Of a stretch of 64,000 nucleotides of DNA, positions 62,001 to 64,000 are shown in pieces. This DNA comes from Thermoanaerobaculia bacterium (GTDB lineage: Bacteria; Acidobacteriota; Thermoanaerobaculia; UBA5066; Gp7-AA6): contig JBBDKM010000096.1 of assembly GCA_040879385.1 (NCBI GenBank), forward strand, positions 62,751-126,750. The letters are read 5' to 3'. The translations under genes were made by a program, and so were the position numbers. The first letter of the stretch is position 1, and each line of letters starts with the position of its first letter. The notes below the pieces were generated by a model, which was given only the letters and a program-made list of their open reading frames with translations, did not search any database and was not told where the DNA came from.

Positions 62001-64000
62001 TCAACGGACGCCTTCGACGAGGTAGAGATCGGAGAGCATCCGGAAGTAGCCGTAGACGTAGGACTCGCCGTTCGGCGCCGGCGCCGGGCCGATGCTCGAC
62101 ACGCCGGCGGCATCGGCCGGCATCAGCGTGCGCCAGAGCTCCTTCCGTCCGGTGGCGAGATCGAGGCGATACACCTTCGAAGGCGTCTCTCCGCGCCGGT
62201 GAATGTACAGCGCGCGGCCGTCGGCGCTGCGCTGGTCGATGGCATCCTCTTCGTCGAGCCCCGGAACGGGAACCGGCTCGCCTCCCGCGATCGGGTAGAG
62301 GTAGCGCCTCCGATCGGGACCCGTGACCACTGTCCACTTGCCGTCGGGTGACGTGATCCCGGTTCCCTGGTAACCCTCCGGAGTCAGCGCTCGGGGCTTG
62401 CCTCCAGCCACGGCCTGCGTAAAGAGCCGCGGGCCGTGACCCGGCTCCGCTGCAGTCAGGAGAATCCCCTTGCCGTCCGGAAGCCAGCTCGCCCCGAAGA
62501 CCGTGAGCCCCTCGGTCTTGAACACCTTTGCTTCCCCCGCCCGGGTCGGGTAAGCGACGAGCCGTGGATTGGAGGCCGAGTTCTGGATCGCCAGCGCCCA
62601 TTCGCCGTCGAGCGACAGGTCCTGGGCCGCGCCTTCTCCCAGGCGCACGGCCGGAGAGCCGTCGGTCTTCCGAATGTAGACCGAGTAGCCGGCGCCTCCC
62701 CCTTCCGCGGTCTCGGAGAAGAGAATCGTCCGGCCGTCGCCGGTGATGGCGGCGCCGAGCGTCCAGTCGAGCCAGGTCAGGTCCTTCTCCTTCGTCTCCC
62801 CGGGAGCCACGCCGACCATCTCCGACCGCAGGGTGTCGCGCGCCACGAGCATGCGGCCTTCCCGCGAGACGTCCTGGAGCGTGAGAGAGCCTGGCACGCG
62901 GACGCGCAGCGACGCCTTACCCGACCGATCGGTCACGTAGAGCGCGCGATTTCCCCCCACCTCGGTGGCCGTGAACCAGATTCGCCCGTCGGCGCTCCAG
63001 GCCAGGCCCTGCGCCGAGGCAAACGTGTGCGAGAGCCGGGTCTTCTTGCCGGTCCGGTCCACGGCGGCGATCGTTCCGCCGTCGTCGCCCGGAGTCGTGT
63101 GGTCGTCGAAAGCCACGAGCTCTCCGTCTGGAGAGACGCGCAGATGGCTGACCCAACCGTTGGTTTCGTACACCGTCTTGCCGACCGGATACTCGATGCG
63201 GCTCTTGCCCGCGGTCTGGAGGGAAACGGCGAGGCTCTTGCCGTCGGGCGCCCAGTCCGCCCACTCGACCCGCTCGAGGATCTCGCGCGGCGCGGCCCCT
63301 CCCGCCACGGAGAGCTGCGCGAGAGTTCCCCGGCGCCGAAAGCCTCCTGGGACGACTCGATTCAGCGAGACGGCCATGTCGCCGGTGCGTGAAACGGAGA
63401 GGACCTCGGCGCCCACGAGACCGAACGGCCGCGACTCGGGACTTTCCGGCCTACCAACGAAGACCTCCATGGGGGCGCCGTCCCAGGCTGCGGAATAGAC
63501 GACGGTCTGGCCGTCGGGCGCGAACCGCGCCGCGTAGATCGTGCCGCGGCGAAACGTCAGCTGGCGAAAGGACGGCGGCTCGAAGCGCACCGTGCCGCGG
63601 CCGAGGAAGAACGTCGCCGCCATCCCCGCCAGCGCGAGCGCCCCGGCGATGAGAAAACCCCGGCGGGACCGCGACAGCGTCCGGCCCGCCGCGGGCGCGG
63701 CGCCCGCCAGGCTCGAGGAGCCGGAGAGCGCCTCGAGGTCGAAGCCGAGGTCGTGCGCCGAGTGGAACCGCTCCTCGGGGTTTTTTTCGAGGCAGTGGCG
63801 CACGACGCGCTCGAGCCCCGGCGGCACGTTCCTGTTGGTCGCCGAGAGATCCGGCGGCTCCTCGCGGAGGATCGCGGACATCGTCTCGGCCGCCGAATCC
63901 CTGTGGAACGCGCGTGACCCGGAGAGCATCTCGTAGAGGATCGCGCCGAAGGCAAAAATGTCCGAGCGCGCGTCCGCCGGCCGGCCCTTGACCTGTTCGG
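62001..64000 (-). CDS. Ser/Thr protein kinase, TM helix, TolB-like beta-propeller (paralog 4; 5' end beyond the window)
   Basis: The frame stays open to position 64000 and encodes the kinase C-lobe ([26 protein letters not shown]). The TM helix is [20 protein letters not shown], followed by propeller repeats. Confidence 0.88.
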   Translation of the reverse strand, partial: EQVKGRPADARSDIFAFGAILYEMLSGSRAFHRDSAAETMSAILREEPPDLSATNRNVPPGLERVVRHCLEKNPEERFHSAHDLGFDLEALSGSSSLAGAAPAAGRTLSRSRRGFLIAGALALAGMAATFFLGRGTVRFEPPSFRQLTFRRGTIYAARFAPDGQTVVYSAAWDGAPMEVFVGRPESPESRPFGLVGAEVLSVSRTGDMAVSLNRVVPGGFRRRGTLAQLSVAGGAAPREILERVEWADWAPDGKSLAVSLQTAGKSRIEYPVGKTVYETNGWVSHLRVSPDGELVAFDDHTTPGDDGGTIAAVDRTGKKTRLSHTFASAQGLAWSADGRIWFTATEVGGNRALYVTDRSGKASLRVRVPGSLTLQDVSREGRMLVARDTLRSEMVGVAPGETKEKDLTWLDWTLGAAITGDGRTILFSETAEGGGAGYSVYIRKTDGSPAVRLGEGAAQDLSLDGEWALAIQNSASNPRLVAYPTRAGEAKVFKTEGLTVFGASWLPDGKGILLTAAEPGHGPRLFTQAVAGGKPRALTPEGYQGTGITSPDGKWTVVTGPDRRRYLYPIAGGEPVPVPGLDEEDAIDQRSADGRALYIHRRGETPSKVYRLDLATGRKELWRTLMPADAAGVSSIGPAPAPNGESYVYGYFRMLSDLYLVEGVR

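Overview
High-GC bacterial chromosomal segment. The gene content (alternative complex III plus caa3 oxidase, MglA/MglB, GWxTD protein, arrays of Ser/Thr kinases fused to TolB-like beta-propellers) looks Acidobacteriota-like, but this was not verified by any search. Because of the GC content, most long ORFs in the track are mirror-frame artefacts. I called about 60 CDS by recognisable family motifs, start-codon context and stop/start coupling.

Layout:
- 14-493: VOC protein.
- 648-4821: a visibly lower-GC accessory cassette with an N-lobe-less kinase-BRCT fusion, an unknown ORF, a TcmP plus Gp37/Gp68 three-Cys pair, and a cytosolic trypsin-like protease.
- 4997-7786: class II RNR nrdJ with a candidate NrdR box.
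- erpA, then a GWxTD protein.
- 11191-23547: a tightly coupled 12-gene respiratory supercluster (actABCDEF, a membrane protein, SCO, coxB-cyt c, coxA, coxC, subunit IV).
- Transporters and housekeeping enzymes, with two pairs of tandem paralogous envelope proteins.
- 42406-42777: a low-GC intergenic locus with a predicted antisense sRNA opposite the leader of a 19-codon Lys-rich micro-ORF.
- PadR plus a Tat-exported Pao-like molybdoenzyme.
- mglBA, then recR-ybaB-dnaX preceded by SRP RNA.
- ECF sigma/anti-sigma, tRNA-Ser(GGA), CGNR and DUF971 genes.
- 54085-64000: four tandem Ser/Thr-kinase/beta-propeller paralogs, the last running off the window.

Cross-cutting observations:
- Many genes have a TAnAAT box 6-9 nt from the start codon, suggesting leaderless mRNAs.
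- REP-like palindromes sit at the convergent gene junctions that have real intergenic space.
- A degenerate heptamer repeat is present both between actA and actB and, inverted, in frame inside actB.
- An 18-nt poly-C tract lies inside a symporter gene.
- A palindromic element plus a vestigial gene start sits between two kinase paralogs.

All coordinates of non-ORF features were derived by hand and may be off by 1-2 nt.
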